A stretch of DNA of 64,000 nt from an uncultured Gemmatimonadaceae bacterium (GCA_963716745.1 OY970320.1:3228297-3292296), one strand, 5' to 3'; numbered from the stretch's first letter, positions 43,680 through 54,133 are shown. The notes: a model not told the origin generated them from the letters alone. A program made the numbers and translations.

Positions 43680-46600
43680 CTAAGTCCCCCTCATGGCCTT
43701 ATGGAATTCCATGACATCGCCCTTCATCAACCCATCCACCATCGTCTGCGCCGCCATCAACTGCTCGTGCAACTCCTTGGCTACCGCTTGCTGCGATTCC
43801 GTCGGCGCGTAATCCGATCCGCCGATCGAGTTCGCGAGATAGAGCAGCTTCTCTCCGATCTTCACCGGGTTCCGGATCCCATCCTGTCCGCGGCCGGTGC
43901 CCAGCACGTTCCGCAGCTGACTCTCGGCGTCGACCAATTTCTTGTCGAGTGAATCCAGGGCGGCGCGGTGCGCGGCGCCCGTGGTGTCGGATGGAACCTG
44001 GGCACGCATTACGGCGAGCTGTTCCCGCGTGTTCTCGAGCGAGTTCACGAGTCCGGCCGCGGTGTTGATGTCCGCCATCACGCTCGTGAGCAGTGCGCCC
44101 TGCGCCGCGATGTCCGCCTCGCTGCCGCCGCTGGCCGGATCCTTCAAGACCGTGAGCGGCTGCGACGCACTCTTGCCGCCCATGGTGACCGTCACCGTGT
44201 ACTTGCCCGGCGGCTGCAGGATGGCGACGCGGCCGAAGCCGGGCGCCGGCTTGCCTTCCATCGGCACGGCCAACCACGGCGAGTACAGCGGGCTCAGCCG
44301 AATGCGCGCCTCCATGGTGCGATCGCCCGTCAGGTCCCACCACGCGCGATTGAGCCCCGTCTTGGCCGGAACTCTGAACGTGTGCACTTTGGCGCCCGCC
44401 GCGTCAGCCACGGTGACCGTTGCGCTGTCGGTCTTGCCGGCGGACTTCACCCAGAAGGTGAGCGCCGCGCCGTACGGCGCGGTCTCGCCATAGTTGATCC
44501 CTTTCTCCGTGCCGGTGCTGTACGGCGCCTCCACCGCGCGGAATCGGTACGCGTTGCGCATCGGGAAGAGGTTCAGGTCCCCCGACATCGCTTCCGCGTT
44601 CATCGCGCGCAGCGGCGAGATATCGTCCACGATGTAGAACCCGCGGCCGTACGTCGCGATCACGAGATCGCTGAAACGCTCCTGCACCGTGAGCCAGTAC
44701 ACCGGCGCGCGCGGCATGTCGCTCTGGAAATCCTGCCAATGCCCGCCGTCATCGAAGCTCACGTACAATCCGCCCTCGGTGCCGAGGTAGAGCAGGCCGC
44801 GCCGCACCGGATCCTCGCGCACGACGTGCGCGTACGAGAGCGGCGTCTTCGGGATCCCGGTGGTGATGAGCTTGAACGTCTTGCCGTAGTCAGTGGTCTT
44901 GTAGACCCACGGGTCGCGGTTGTTCACCTGATGACCGTCCACCGTGATGTACGCGGTGGCCGCATCGAAGCGCGACGGCTCGATGTTGCTCACCGTGCCC
45001 CAGCCGAGCATGCCGGGAATGTTCGCGGTGAGATTCGTCCACGTCTTGCCGTTATCGCGCGTGATGTGCACGAGGCCATCGTTCGAGCCCGCCCAGATCG
45101 TGCCTTTCTCCTTCGGCGATTCGGCGATCGCGAAGAGCACGCCGGAGTACTCGACGCCGATGTTGTCGGGCGTGAGCCCGCCCGAGAGTCCCATGCGCGA
45201 CTTGTCGTTGCGCGTGAGATCGGGGCTCATCACGCTCCACGTCTTGCCGCCGTCGGTCGTGACGTGCACGAACTGACTTCCGGCGTACACGCGATTGTGG
45301 TCGAATGGCGAGATGGTGAGCGGGAAGGTCCAGACGAAGCGGTACTTCACGTCGGACGCGGCGGTGCCGGTGGTGGCCATTGGCCAGATCTCTACTTCAT
45401 TGATCGAGTTCGTGGGCCAGCGATAGCGGGTGACGATGCCGCCCACGGAACCGGAGCCGCTCGCGCTCGACCACACGAGATTCGTGTCGGCGGGATCGGG
45501 GGTGGCCCAGCCGCTCTCACCGCCGCCCACCGTGCGCCAGAGCGCCGGCGGGATGCCAATATCTTCGCCGAACTGGCCGGGGATCTTCGCATTGCTCGGG
45601 CCCGCGGCCGACGGACCATCCTGCTTGTTGCCGTAGAGCCAGTACGGGATGCGGTCATCCACGGTGACGTGGTACATCTGCGCGATAGGCAGCACGACGC
45701 GCAGCCAACTCTTGCCGCGGTTGTTCGTGATCGAGACACCGCCGTCGTGGCTTGCGATGAAGCGATTGCCGTTCGTGGCGTCGAACCAGATGTCGTGGTG
45801 ATCGCCGTAGGCCACTTGATCGCGCGGCGGATCCACCATCGTCTTGCCGCCGTCGAGCGTCTTGGTCCAGTTCGCCGAGAGGAAATACGCTTCGTCGGCG
45901 TTGTCGGGCGTCACGCCCATACGATTGTAGTATGCGGTGCGTCCGCCGATCTGATGGTCGGAGTTCATGAGCTGCCATGTCTCGCCCGCGTTGTCCGAAC
46001 GCCAGAGATGGCCATTGTCGGTGGGCTTGCCGTGCCAAGGCGCGCCGTCGCCCGTTTCGATCGAGGCGTATACGCGCTGCGGATTCGCGGCGCTGATGCC
46101 GAGGCCTACTTTGCCATAGGGTTTCATCGGGAGGCCGTGGCCGACGAGACGCTTCCATGTCGTGCCGCCGTCGGTGGACTTCCAAATGCTGCTGCCGGCG
46201 CCGCCGCTCTCGCGGCCCCACGTGTGGATCTCGATCTGCCACATCGCGGCGTAGAGGATGCGCGGATTCGTCGGGTCCATCACGATGTCCACCGCGCCGG
46301 TGGAGTCGTTCACGAAGAGCACTTTCTCCCACGTCTTGCCGCCGTCGGTGGTGCGGAAAATGCCGCGCTCCGGCTGCGGGCCATAGGCGTGGCCGAGTGC
46401 CGCGACGTAGACGCGCTCCGGATCGTGCGGATCGATGACGATGCGCGCGATGCGCCCGGTCGCTTCGAGGCCGGCGCGCGACCACGTGGCGCCGGCGTCG
46501 GTGGACTTGAACATCCCCCAGCCCACGGAAATGTGGCTGCGGATGAACGGCTCGCCGGTTCCGACCCACACGACGTTCGGGTCCGAGGGCGCCACGGTGA

Positions 46601-46871
46601 CCGATCCGATCGACGAGACGGGTTGGCCGTCGAAGATGGGCTTCCAGTGGATGCCGCCATCGGTGGTCTTCCACAGACCGCCGCTCGCGGCGCCGGCGTA
46701 GTAGACCGTGGGGTCGCCGTTCACGCCGGCGACCGAGGTCACGCGATTCCCCTCGGGTCCGACGAACCGGAAGTGGAACGACGCGACGGAAGCGCTGTCG
46801 AGCGTGGTCTGCGCGCGGAGCAGGGAAAGGGGCGCGATCGTGACGAGCGCGAGGGTGCGAATGCGGGACAT
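43680..46871 (-). CDS. VPS10/BNR-repeat beta-propeller protein (glycosyl hydrolase-like)
   Basis: Intact 1063-aa ORF; signal peptide; FRFVGP.GNR; many Asp-boxes; GDHHDIW. Confidence 0.88.
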   Translation of the reverse strand: MSRIRTLALVTIAPLSLLRAQTTLDSASVASFHFRFVGPEGNRVTSVAGVNGDPTVYYAGAASGGLWKTTDGGIHWKPIFDGQPVSSIGSVTVAPSDPNVVWVGTGEPFIRSHISVGWGMFKSTDAGATWSRAGLEATGRIARIVIDPHDPERVYVAALGHAYGPQPERGIFRTTDGGKTWEKVLFVNDSTGAVDIVMDPTNPRILYAAMWQIEIHTWGRESGGAGSSIWKSTDGGTTWKRLVGHGLPMKPYGKVGLGISAANPQRVYASIETGDGAPWHGKPTDNGHLWRSDNAGETWQLMNSDHQIGGRTAYYNRMGVTPDNADEAYFLSANWTKTLDGGKTMVDPPRDQVAYGDHHDIWFDATNGNRFIASHDGGVSITNNRGKSWLRVVLPIAQMYHVTVDDRIPYWLYGNKQDGPSAAGPSNAKIPGQFGEDIGIPPALWRTVGGGESGWATPDPADTNLVWSSASGSGSVGGIVTRYRWPTNSINEVEIWPMATTGTAASDVKYRFVWTFPLTISPFDHNRVYAGSQFVHVTTDGGKTWSVMSPDLTRNDKSRMGLSGGLTPDNIGVEYSGVLFAIAESPKEKGTIWAGSNDGLVHITRDNGKTWTNLTANIPGMLGWGTVSNIEPSRFDAATAYITVDGHQVNNRDPWVYKTTDYGKTFKLITTGIPKTPLSYAHVVREDPVRRGLLYLGTEGGLYVSFDDGGHWQDFQSDMPRAPVYWLTVQERFSDLVIATYGRGFYIVDDISPLRAMNAEAMSGDLNLFPMRNAYRFRAVEAPYSTGTEKGINYGETAPYGAALTFWVKSAGKTDSATVTVADAAGAKVHTFRVPAKTGLNRAWWDLTGDRTMEARIRLSPLYSPWLAVPMEGKPAPGFGRVAILQPPGKYTVTVTMGGKSASQPLTVLKDPASGGSEADIAAQGALLTSVMADINTAAGLVNSLENTREQLAVMRAQVPSDTTGAAHRAALDSLDKKLVDAESQLRNVLGTGRGQDGIRNPVKIGEKLLYLANSIGGSDYAPTESQQAVAKELHEQLMAAQTMVDGLMKGDVMEFHKAMRGT

Positions 46872-46969
46872 ACGAGGCTCTCCAAGGCTGATGGGACGGT
46901 GACCGCCGTGAGACGCTACGGCACGCAGGTCGGCGGCGCTAGAGAACGGCGAAGCTCACGCCACCCACG

Positions 46970-47070
46970 CGGGAAGCGGGAAGCGGGAAGCGCCGCGGGA
47001 TGCGATAACCGCGCGTGGGCTCCTCGCGCACTGCACGCCTCCCGCGGCGCTTCCCGCTTCCCGCTTCCCG
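46970..47070. repeat. 31-bp perfect inverted repeat built from GGGAAGC heptamers
   Basis: 46970-47000 is the exact reverse complement of 47040-47070. Confidence 0.92.
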
Positions 47071-47108
47071 TACTGCCGTCGGCGTTCGTATCAGCTATTT
47101 TGTCGATC

Positions 47109-47717
47109 ATGCGATTCTCGCTCACCACTCTCGTCCTCGCCGCGCCGCTCGCTTCGCTCGCGGCGCAGACCAGCCATCCCAAGTGGAGCTTCGATGCGAG
47201 CGTGTACGCGTACGCGCCGCCCGATGATCCCGATTACCTCCAGCCCACCGTCACCGCCGATCATGGCGGGCTGCATCTCGAAGGCCGCTACAACTACGAG
47301 GCGAAGAACACCGGCTCGCTGTGGGCGGGCGTGAATCTCGGCACCGGGCACACGGTGCGGCTCGACGTTACGGTGATGGGCGGCGTCGTGTTCGGCGACC
47401 TCGGCGGCATCGCGCCCGGCACGGAGATCACCCTCTCATGGGGGCCGCTCTCGCTCTACACCGAGGGCGAGTACGTCGTGGACCTCTCGAACTCATCCGG
47501 CGACTTCTTCTACAACTGGTCGCAGTTCACCTGGCAGGCGACGGGCGCGCTGCAACTCGGGCTCGTCGCGCAGCGCACGCGAGCATACCACCAGGACCGC
47601 GACATCGAGCGCGGCCTGTTCGTCGGCTACACGTGGCGGCGGAACACGCTCGCGGCCTACGTGTTCGATCCCGACAACCATCCCACCTGGGTCGTGTCGC
47701 TCGGTGCGGGCTTCTGA
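47109..47717 (+). CDS. Small outer-membrane beta-barrel protein
   Basis: Signal MRFSLTTLVLA..; amphipathic strands; terminal Phe. Confidence 0.7.
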   Translation: MRFSLTTLVLAAPLASLAAQTSHPKWSFDASVYAYAPPDDPDYLQPTVTADHGGLHLEGRYNYEAKNTGSLWAGVNLGTGHTVRLDVTVMGGVVFGDLGGIAPGTEITLSWGPLSLYTEGEYVVDLSNSSGDFFYNWSQFTWQATGALQLGLVAQRTRAYHQDRDIERGLFVGYTWRRNTLAAYVFDPDNHPTWVVSLGAGF

Positions 47718-47730
47718 AGCCCGCTGCCGG

Positions 47731-48235
47731 CTAATTCACTTTCTTCGACTTCGCGTCGTAGCCGGCGCGTGCGTTCCCCATGTTCCACTCGCTCTTCGCG
47801 TACACGAGTTCCACTTGGGTGGAGACGCCGCTGGGACCGCCCACCAAATGCACCGACGCCACGCGGACATCGCTGAGCTTGATCGACCCTGCTGTCCCGA
47901 GCATGAGCGTGGCATCGGGGAAGGCGCGCCCGCTCTGAGCGGCGGCCGCGAGCAGCGATGCGGTCTGATCGAGCGCGATCGCGTAGTGGAGACTCGAGAA
48001 CTGGGCCCGCCCTGAGCCCGCGCCGCCGGTGGCGCTTCCGATAGTCGCGGAGCTGCTCACCCCAACATTCGAACGACTCCACCGCGCTCGGCGCGACGGT
48101 GCCGCTCTGGATGCCATTGATGCTGATCGTCGCATTCGCGGCAAGCATCGGCGCGCTCGCGGAGTGGTCAGCGGCCCAACCGCCGAGTGAAAGTACGATG
48201 CCGACGAGCGCTGCGACCCCGAATGAACGGCGCAT
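47731..48235 (-). CDS. Hcp/tail-tube-like protein with an N-terminal signal peptide; one frameshift near 48066
   Basis: RBS GGAGG; VESFE.GVSS..GGAGSGRAQFSSL...LDQTASLL..AAQSGRAFP.ATL...IKLSDVRVASV...VELVYAKSEW...GYD resembles the Hcp consensus. Confidence 0.65.
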
Positions 48236-48391
48236 GGTTCCCTCCTGGTGAGAGTGCCCTTCGTGCGCAATTGTAGCGGCGGGTCTTGTGCCCCGCCATT
48301 CGTTGCCCGGGGGCAGGGCAAGCCGTCGTTCCCGTGAGCCGCGCCAGCACGTGCAGGCGCCGGAACGCCCACCCGGTCTCGGGGTCGATCC

Positions 48392-49975
48392 ATGATGAGA
48401 TTCTCGTGTTTACTCGCCGCCTTCGTGGGCGCAATGCTCGCCGCCGGCTGCAACAGCTCCACGGCCAGTTCGGGCCCGCCCGCCGCGATCACCAAAGTGA
48501 GCGGCGACGACCAGAGCGGCATCGTGTCGACCGCGCTCAGCCAACCGTTCGTCATCAAGGTCGCCGACACCGCCGGCGTCGGCGTGCCGAACGTCGCGGT
48601 CGTCTGGACGCTCACGCTCGGATCGGGCACGCTCACGGTGGCGAAAGCCAAGACCGACGTGAACGGCAAGGCGGAGGCATCGCTCACGCTGGGCGCCGGC
48701 GCTGGCACGCGTCTCGCGACGGTCGTGGTTTCCGCGATCACGAAGGGAACGAACAGCGCGACCTTCGACGCGATCGCGGCCGCACCGGCGACGCGCGATG
48801 ACTGGATCACGTACGGCCACGACGGGCATCGCACGTCCGCGTCGCAAGCGAGCCTCAAGTCGCCGCTCACTACTGCGTGGCGATTCGCGCCGCCGTCGCC
48901 GGTGACGAATCCGTATACGGTGGTGTTCGACGCGCTCGCCGCGGCCGACGGCGTCTATCTCCAATGGGGATCCACCGGCACGTTCTTCGGATTCGGCACC
49001 GGCACGAATGTCGATCGCATCTCACCCGCCGGCGCGCGCGTGTGGAGCAACACGGCGTGGGGCGCCGATTACAACATCGGCCACTGGGGCTCGATCTACG
49101 GCAACAAGTTCGTCTTCATGGATGACGGACTCGGCTATCTCAACCTGAGCAATGGCACGCGTGCGTTCAACACGAGCGTTGACTGGTGGGGCGAGACGCT
49201 GCCCGACGCCACGGGATTGTATCTGTCGCAGAATTGGCACGTGGATGGACCGCAAACATTCGTGGGTTCGCTCTCGGCGACGGGTACGTCGCGCTGGAAG
49301 ACGAATCTCTATGGCGCGACGAAGGCCGACATTGGCGTGTGGGATCCGTCGGGCGGGCTCGCGCTGAATAACGGCGTGCTCTTCTTCGATCCGGTATATC
49401 AGGGCTCGATCACGGTGCCGAACCCCAAAGGCGTGTTCGCCTTCACCGCGAGCAGCGGCGCGCTGGTGAAGTTCGTCGCGACCACGCCGAACTCGCACAT
49501 CAGCGCCGACTCGGCGAAGGTGTATCTCGTCGAGACCGGGGGCACGATCCTCGTCGCGCGCGCGCAGAACGATCTGCACGTCGTATGGTCGGTGACCATC
49601 CCGTACGCCGGGCCGCAAGCGCCGCTGCTCGCGAACGGACTCGTGATCATCGGCACGTACAGCGACGTCGAAGCGTTCAGTGCGGCGACTGGCGTGCGAG
49701 TCTGGAAGACCACCGTGGCGGGGCTCACGACGTATTCACAAGGTTCCACCACGACGTACCTCGCTGCCGCGCTCGGCAGCGGCACGCTCATCGCCACCGC
49801 GTCGAACGGCATCCACGTGCTGTCCCTGCTCACGGGCGCGGATCTCTGGCACGGCACGGCGACGGGTGCGTCGGGCACGCCGCACGATCCCGTCATCGTG
49901 AACGATCCGGTGAACGGTCCCGTGCTGTACGTGGTGGACAACGCGGGGGTCATCGCGCTCAAGGGCTCGCCGTAA
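48392..49975 (+). CDS. Lipoprotein with an Ig-like (Big_1) domain and a PQQ-like beta-propeller
   Basis: LAAGC lipobox; VSGDDQSG, TDVNGKA; DWITYGHDGHRT; AFSAATGVRVWK. Confidence 0.8.
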   Translation: MMRFSCLLAAFVGAMLAAGCNSSTASSGPPAAITKVSGDDQSGIVSTALSQPFVIKVADTAGVGVPNVAVVWTLTLGSGTLTVAKAKTDVNGKAEASLTLGAGAGTRLATVVVSAITKGTNSATFDAIAAAPATRDDWITYGHDGHRTSASQASLKSPLTTAWRFAPPSPVTNPYTVVFDALAAADGVYLQWGSTGTFFGFGTGTNVDRISPAGARVWSNTAWGADYNIGHWGSIYGNKFVFMDDGLGYLNLSNGTRAFNTSVDWWGETLPDATGLYLSQNWHVDGPQTFVGSLSATGTSRWKTNLYGATKADIGVWDPSGGLALNNGVLFFDPVYQGSITVPNPKGVFAFTASSGALVKFVATTPNSHISADSAKVYLVETGGTILVARAQNDLHVVWSVTIPYAGPQAPLLANGLVIIGTYSDVEAFSAATGVRVWKTTVAGLTTYSQGSTTTYLAAALGSGTLIATASNGIHVLSLLTGADLWHGTATGASGTPHDPVIVNDPVNGPVLYVVDNAGVIALKGSP

Positions 49976-50056
49976 AGCGTCGTCGCGACTGGCCGCTCGG
50001 TGCTCGCGGCGGTATTCTTGTGAGTCTGCGCTGCGCCAACGAACACTAGCCGCGAG

Positions 50057-52357
50057 TTGATGACCACCGACACGACCTGCCGTCGCTGCGGTACGGCGAT
50101 CTCCGCCGAGATGGAGCTATGCCCCAACTGCGGACTCGCGATCACCGCGGACGCGGCGCTCGCGGGCGCTTCATTGTCGGCGGCGCAGCCCGAGTCGTCC
50201 TCGCCGCGCTCGTCGTTCGACGAGCAAGTATTGCAAGCGCTGCGCGATACGACCGCCGGTGAATACGAGATCCTTAGCGAACTCGGCCGCGGCGGGATGG
50301 CCACGGTGTATCTCGCGCACGAGATCGCGCTGCACCGGAAAGTCGCGATCAAAGTGATCTCGCCGCAATTGTTCGCGGACAATACCGCCGAGCGATTCCT
50401 GCGCGAAGCGCGCACGGCGGCGGCGCTCAGTCATCCGAACCTCATCCCGATCTTCTCGGTGCGGGAGACGGATTCGCTGCTCTTCTTCGTGATGAAGTTC
50501 GTCGCGGGGCCCTCGCTCGAGACGATCATCGCGGAAGGCCGGCCGCTGCCGATCCCAGTCGTGCAGGCGATCCTCACGGAGACGGCCGCGGCCCTCGGCT
50601 ACGCGCACCGCCGGCAGATCGTGCACCGCGACGTGAAGCCCGGCAACATCATGCTCGATGATGAAGGGCGCGTGGTCGTGACGGATTTCGGCATCGCGCG
50701 CAACGCGGAGTCCACGGGACTCACCGGCACGGGCGCGTCGGTGGGCACGCCGATGTACATGAGTCCCGAGCAATGCCTGGGCGAGACGGTGAACGGGGCG
50801 TCCGACCAGTATTCGCTCGGCATCGTCGGCTACCAGATGCTCACGGGCAAGATCCCGTTCGCCGCGGCGACGCCGGTGGCGATGATGTACGCGCACATGC
50901 ACACCGCGCCGCAACCGATCGCCGAGCTGCGCGCCGATTGCCCGCCCGCGCTGGCGGCGGCGATCATGCGCATGATCGCGAAGCAGTCGTCGGACCGCTG
51001 GCCGTCGATCGATGACGCGAGTCGCGCGATCGGCGCGCCGCCGCTCGGTGATGATGATCCGGCGCGCAAGGCGATGGTGGCGATCGCGACCGCCGGCGCG
51101 GCGAAGAAGCGCGCGAGTCTGCCGAGCACGCCGCGCAGCCCGATGCCGAGCACGCGCGACGCGCTGAGGCGGCCGGGTCGTCCGGCTTCGGCGTCGGCGC
51201 GCGGCTCGACACCGCCGGGCGAATACCCTGCGCCGTCAGCGCCGGCGAAGCGGCGCTGGAGGGAGTCGGCGATCGCCGCAGTGGTTCTCGTGCTCGCGCT
51301 CGGCGCTTGGTTCGCATTCGCGCGGAAGCCGGACGCGGCAGTGAGTGTCAGCGACGCGCCGCCGGCGGTGCCCGTGGTCGCGGCGCCAGTATCCGCGACG
51401 CCGGCGCAGCGCATCGCGAGCGTGACCGTCACGCCGGTGATCGCGCAACTCGAACCCGGCAAGCGTGTGCAGCTCAAGGCCGATGCGCGCGATTCGGCGG
51501 GCGCGGCGGTGGCCGATGTGGGCGCGGCGTGGACCTCGAACGCGCCGCGGGTCGCTTCTGTGACGGCCGCGGGTGTGCTCGAGGGCATCGCGCCGGGCCG
51601 CGCGGTGATCACCACCACCATGGGCGAGCGCTCCGCGAGTTTCGCGCTCGAGGTGACCAAGGCGCCGGCGCCCGCTCCGGCGGTCACGGCAGTCGCATCG
51701 GTCGAACTCGTGCCCGCGACGCTGAACGTCGTAAAGGGCAGCACCGGCCAACTCCATGCGCGCCTGCACGACGCGGCCGGCAACGTGCTGGCGGATCGCC
51801 CGGTGGAATGGTCGAGTGCGAATGGCCAGGTCGCCGCGGTAGCGACGAACGGACTCGCCATTGGAGTCGCGCCGGGCACGACGCAGATCACCGCGAGCGT
51901 GGATGGCCGCTCCGCGAGCGCGACGGTCACCGTGTATGGGCCAACGGCGCCGCCGCTCGCGGCGCCGGCGACTCCGCCCGTCGCGGCGACCGCGCCCGTA
52001 GCGCCCGCCGCGCCCGTGGACCCGCGCCCCGCGATCCAAAAGGTGATCGAGAGCTTCGTGGCCGCGATCCAGGCGCGGAATGTCACGCGGATCATTGCCG
52101 TGTACCCCGATCTGCCGGCGTCGAATCGCGCGACGTGGGACAAACTGTTCGACGACTATCCGCAGGTGACCGCGACGCTGCTGCAGCCCACGGTGGACAT
52201 CGCGCCCACCGGCGAGAGCGCCGCGTTCGATGTGTCCATGACGCTCGTGAACGGTCGTGAGCGTCAGCAGATCCTCATGCACTTCCTGGCGAGCCCCGCG
52301 CAGGACAACGGGAGCTGGCATTTCCGCCAGCTCGTGCAGAGCTACGTCAAACAGTAG
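50057..52357 (+). CDS. Hanks-type Ser/Thr kinase: Zn ribbon, kinase, TM, two Big_2 domains, C-terminal domain
   Basis: [64 protein letters not shown]. Confidence 0.93.
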   Translation: MMTTDTTCRRCGTAISAEMELCPNCGLAITADAALAGASLSAAQPESSSPRSSFDEQVLQALRDTTAGEYEILSELGRGGMATVYLAHEIALHRKVAIKVISPQLFADNTAERFLREARTAAALSHPNLIPIFSVRETDSLLFFVMKFVAGPSLETIIAEGRPLPIPVVQAILTETAAALGYAHRRQIVHRDVKPGNIMLDDEGRVVVTDFGIARNAESTGLTGTGASVGTPMYMSPEQCLGETVNGASDQYSLGIVGYQMLTGKIPFAAATPVAMMYAHMHTAPQPIAELRADCPPALAAAIMRMIAKQSSDRWPSIDDASRAIGAPPLGDDDPARKAMVAIATAGAAKKRASLPSTPRSPMPSTRDALRRPGRPASASARGSTPPGEYPAPSAPAKRRWRESAIAAVVLVLALGAWFAFARKPDAAVSVSDAPPAVPVVAAPVSATPAQRIASVTVTPVIAQLEPGKRVQLKADARDSAGAAVADVGAAWTSNAPRVASVTAAGVLEGIAPGRAVITTTMGERSASFALEVTKAPAPAPAVTAVASVELVPATLNVVKGSTGQLHARLHDAAGNVLADRPVEWSSANGQVAAVATNGLAIGVAPGTTQITASVDGRSASATVTVYGPTAPPLAAPATPPVAATAPVAPAAPVDPRPAIQKVIESFVAAIQARNVTRIIAVYPDLPASNRATWDKLFDDYPQVTATLLQPTVDIAPTGESAAFDVSMTLVNGRERQQILMHFLASPAQDNGSWHFRQLVQSYVKQ

Positions 52358-52363
52358 CGCCCG

Positions 52364-53668
52364 CTAGTACAGCGTGTAGTCCACGCCGAGCGTGAACGCG
52401 GCGCCCGGCTGCAGCCCGCCGCGCAGCATCGGCACGAGCGCGTTGGTCACGATCGTCACGCCGGACCGCGTAAGGAACTTGAAGCCGAACGATCCTACGA
52501 TCGTGTTGTCGCGCTGATCGGGGATGTTCGACGGGATGATCGTGCGCGACGTGGGTGGGATCGTGGTGTTGTTGTAGAAGGTGAGCGTCACGGGCTGCGG
52601 CAGGTCGTAGGTGCTCGCGCCCACCTGCCACGATGAGAGCACATCCACCGCGAGCGTCGCCCAGTCCGCCATCTTCTGATCGAAGCCGACGGTGGCGAGC
52701 ACCGCGTCGTTGATCATGCTGCCGCTGTGCGTGGTGTAGCCAAGGTTCGCATGCGGGCTGAACTGCCCGAATTGCGCCGACACGATGCCGATCCCTTCGA
52801 AGCCCCACGCGCCGGATCCCTGGAAGTTCTCCGTGTCGCCGGTGGGCATGCGAATGTCGCCGAGGAACGCGACGCCCCACTCTTTCTTCGCGAAGATCCC
52901 GACCTTCACGCGTGCGACCATGTCGCCGACGCCGGCGGCCGACGCGCTCGCATGCGACGTCGCGCTGAGCGACGGGTTCGCCGAATCGCCGAAGAAGTGC
53001 GGATCGTTCACGCCGGACGGCATGATCAGCGCGGTGCTCGAGCCGTTCAGGCTCGAGTAGAGGAAGGGGATCGCGACGCCCACATCCACGTGATCGAACA
53101 GGCCGAACGTTGCGACCGCGGTGAAGGCTGTCATCTGCACATGCATTGATGTGCTCACTTCGATCACGTCGTTCTCGAAGTTCGGATTGCCGAGCTGCCC
53201 CACCGGCGGCGTGTCCTGATGCGTGATCGTGGAGTGCAGTTCCGAAAGCGGCACCCCGCGCAGCGTCGAGTAATCGAAATTCGTGGCGTTGAACGAGAAA
53301 TACCAATTGTGCTTCCCGATCGTTTGCATGCGCTCGGCGAAGATCGGTCCGCCGGACGTGCTCACGCGCGTCGGCAATCCTTCGCCGGACTGGACGAGGA
53401 TACCCGTGCTCGTCGTCGCGGCGATGGGGATGTTCGCCGCGCTCGCGCCGATCGCCTGCTGCAAGAACGTCGTGAGACCGGCCTGGGCTCCCGCGGCCGC
53501 TGGATTGAAGTGGTCGAGGTGCGTGCCCGCATCCACCGAAAGGCAGATCTGCTCGCCGCAGCCGGAGCCGAAGGAGTAGAGTTCCTTCACGGCGCCGCTC
53601 AGTGTCTGTGCGCTGAGCGAGGCGGCGGTAAGTGCGAGTACGGCTGCATTGACGGCGAGCTGGCGCAT
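52364..53668 (-). CDS. Secreted protein with a C-terminal beta-barrel (MetA-pathway transporter-like)
   Basis: Signal MRQLAVN..; GVGDMVARVK, MPTGD..NFQGSG; terminal aromatic residue. Confidence 0.65.
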   Translation of the reverse strand: MRQLAVNAAVLALTAASLSAQTLSGAVKELYSFGSGCGEQICLSVDAGTHLDHFNPAAAGAQAGLTTFLQQAIGASAANIPIAATTSTGILVQSGEGLPTRVSTSGGPIFAERMQTIGKHNWYFSFNATNFDYSTLRGVPLSELHSTITHQDTPPVGQLGNPNFENDVIEVSTSMHVQMTAFTAVATFGLFDHVDVGVAIPFLYSSLNGSSTALIMPSGVNDPHFFGDSANPSLSATSHASASAAGVGDMVARVKVGIFAKKEWGVAFLGDIRMPTGDTENFQGSGAWGFEGIGIVSAQFGQFSPHANLGYTTHSGSMINDAVLATVGFDQKMADWATLAVDVLSSWQVGASTYDLPQPVTLTFYNNTTIPPTSRTIIPSNIPDQRDNTIVGSFGFKFLTRSGVTIVTNALVPMLRGGLQPGAAFTLGVDYTLY

Positions 53669-53757
53669 GTTCCGGATTCTCCGCGAGGGGAAGGGCGTGG
53701 CGCGGAGAACGTTAGCGGCCGGACGAGTTAAGGCAACGGCGGGCCGGTTCGTGCGCC

Positions 53758-54133
53758 TCAATCGCTGCGCGACCAGATGAGCAGCGCCGCGACCACGGCG
53801 TGCAGCGCCACGCCCGGCCAGAGCAATACGCCGCCCATCCCGAGCGCGACGCCCACGAAGGCGAGGTAGGTCGCGACAAGCGCGTTATACGCGAGCATCC
53901 CGTTCATCGCGGCGACGCTGGCGCTCACGCGCTCTGGCCAGCAGGCGACTCCGAGCGACATCAACGCGATCCCCGCGACGCGCGCGAGCGGAACTGCGTC
54001 TGGTGGCAGCGATCCACCGAGCAGCAGCGTGAAGATGGAACCCGGCGACTGCGACCAGCGCGAGTCCCGTGACCAACTCGATCAACGCGCTGAACGCGAG
54101 CACTCTGCCCGGTGCGATCGGTGGTCCTGCCAT
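53758..54133 (-). CDS. Small membrane protein; frameshifted
   Basis: LIELVTGLAL and GMLAYNA..LWPGVALH hydrophobic segments in different frames. Confidence 0.6.

Noticed and set aside
43968..47108. 1249-aa + strand ORF and similar long Arg/Ala-rich ORFs
   Set aside because: Shadow frames of real genes in high-GC DNA; only 47109..47717 is credible
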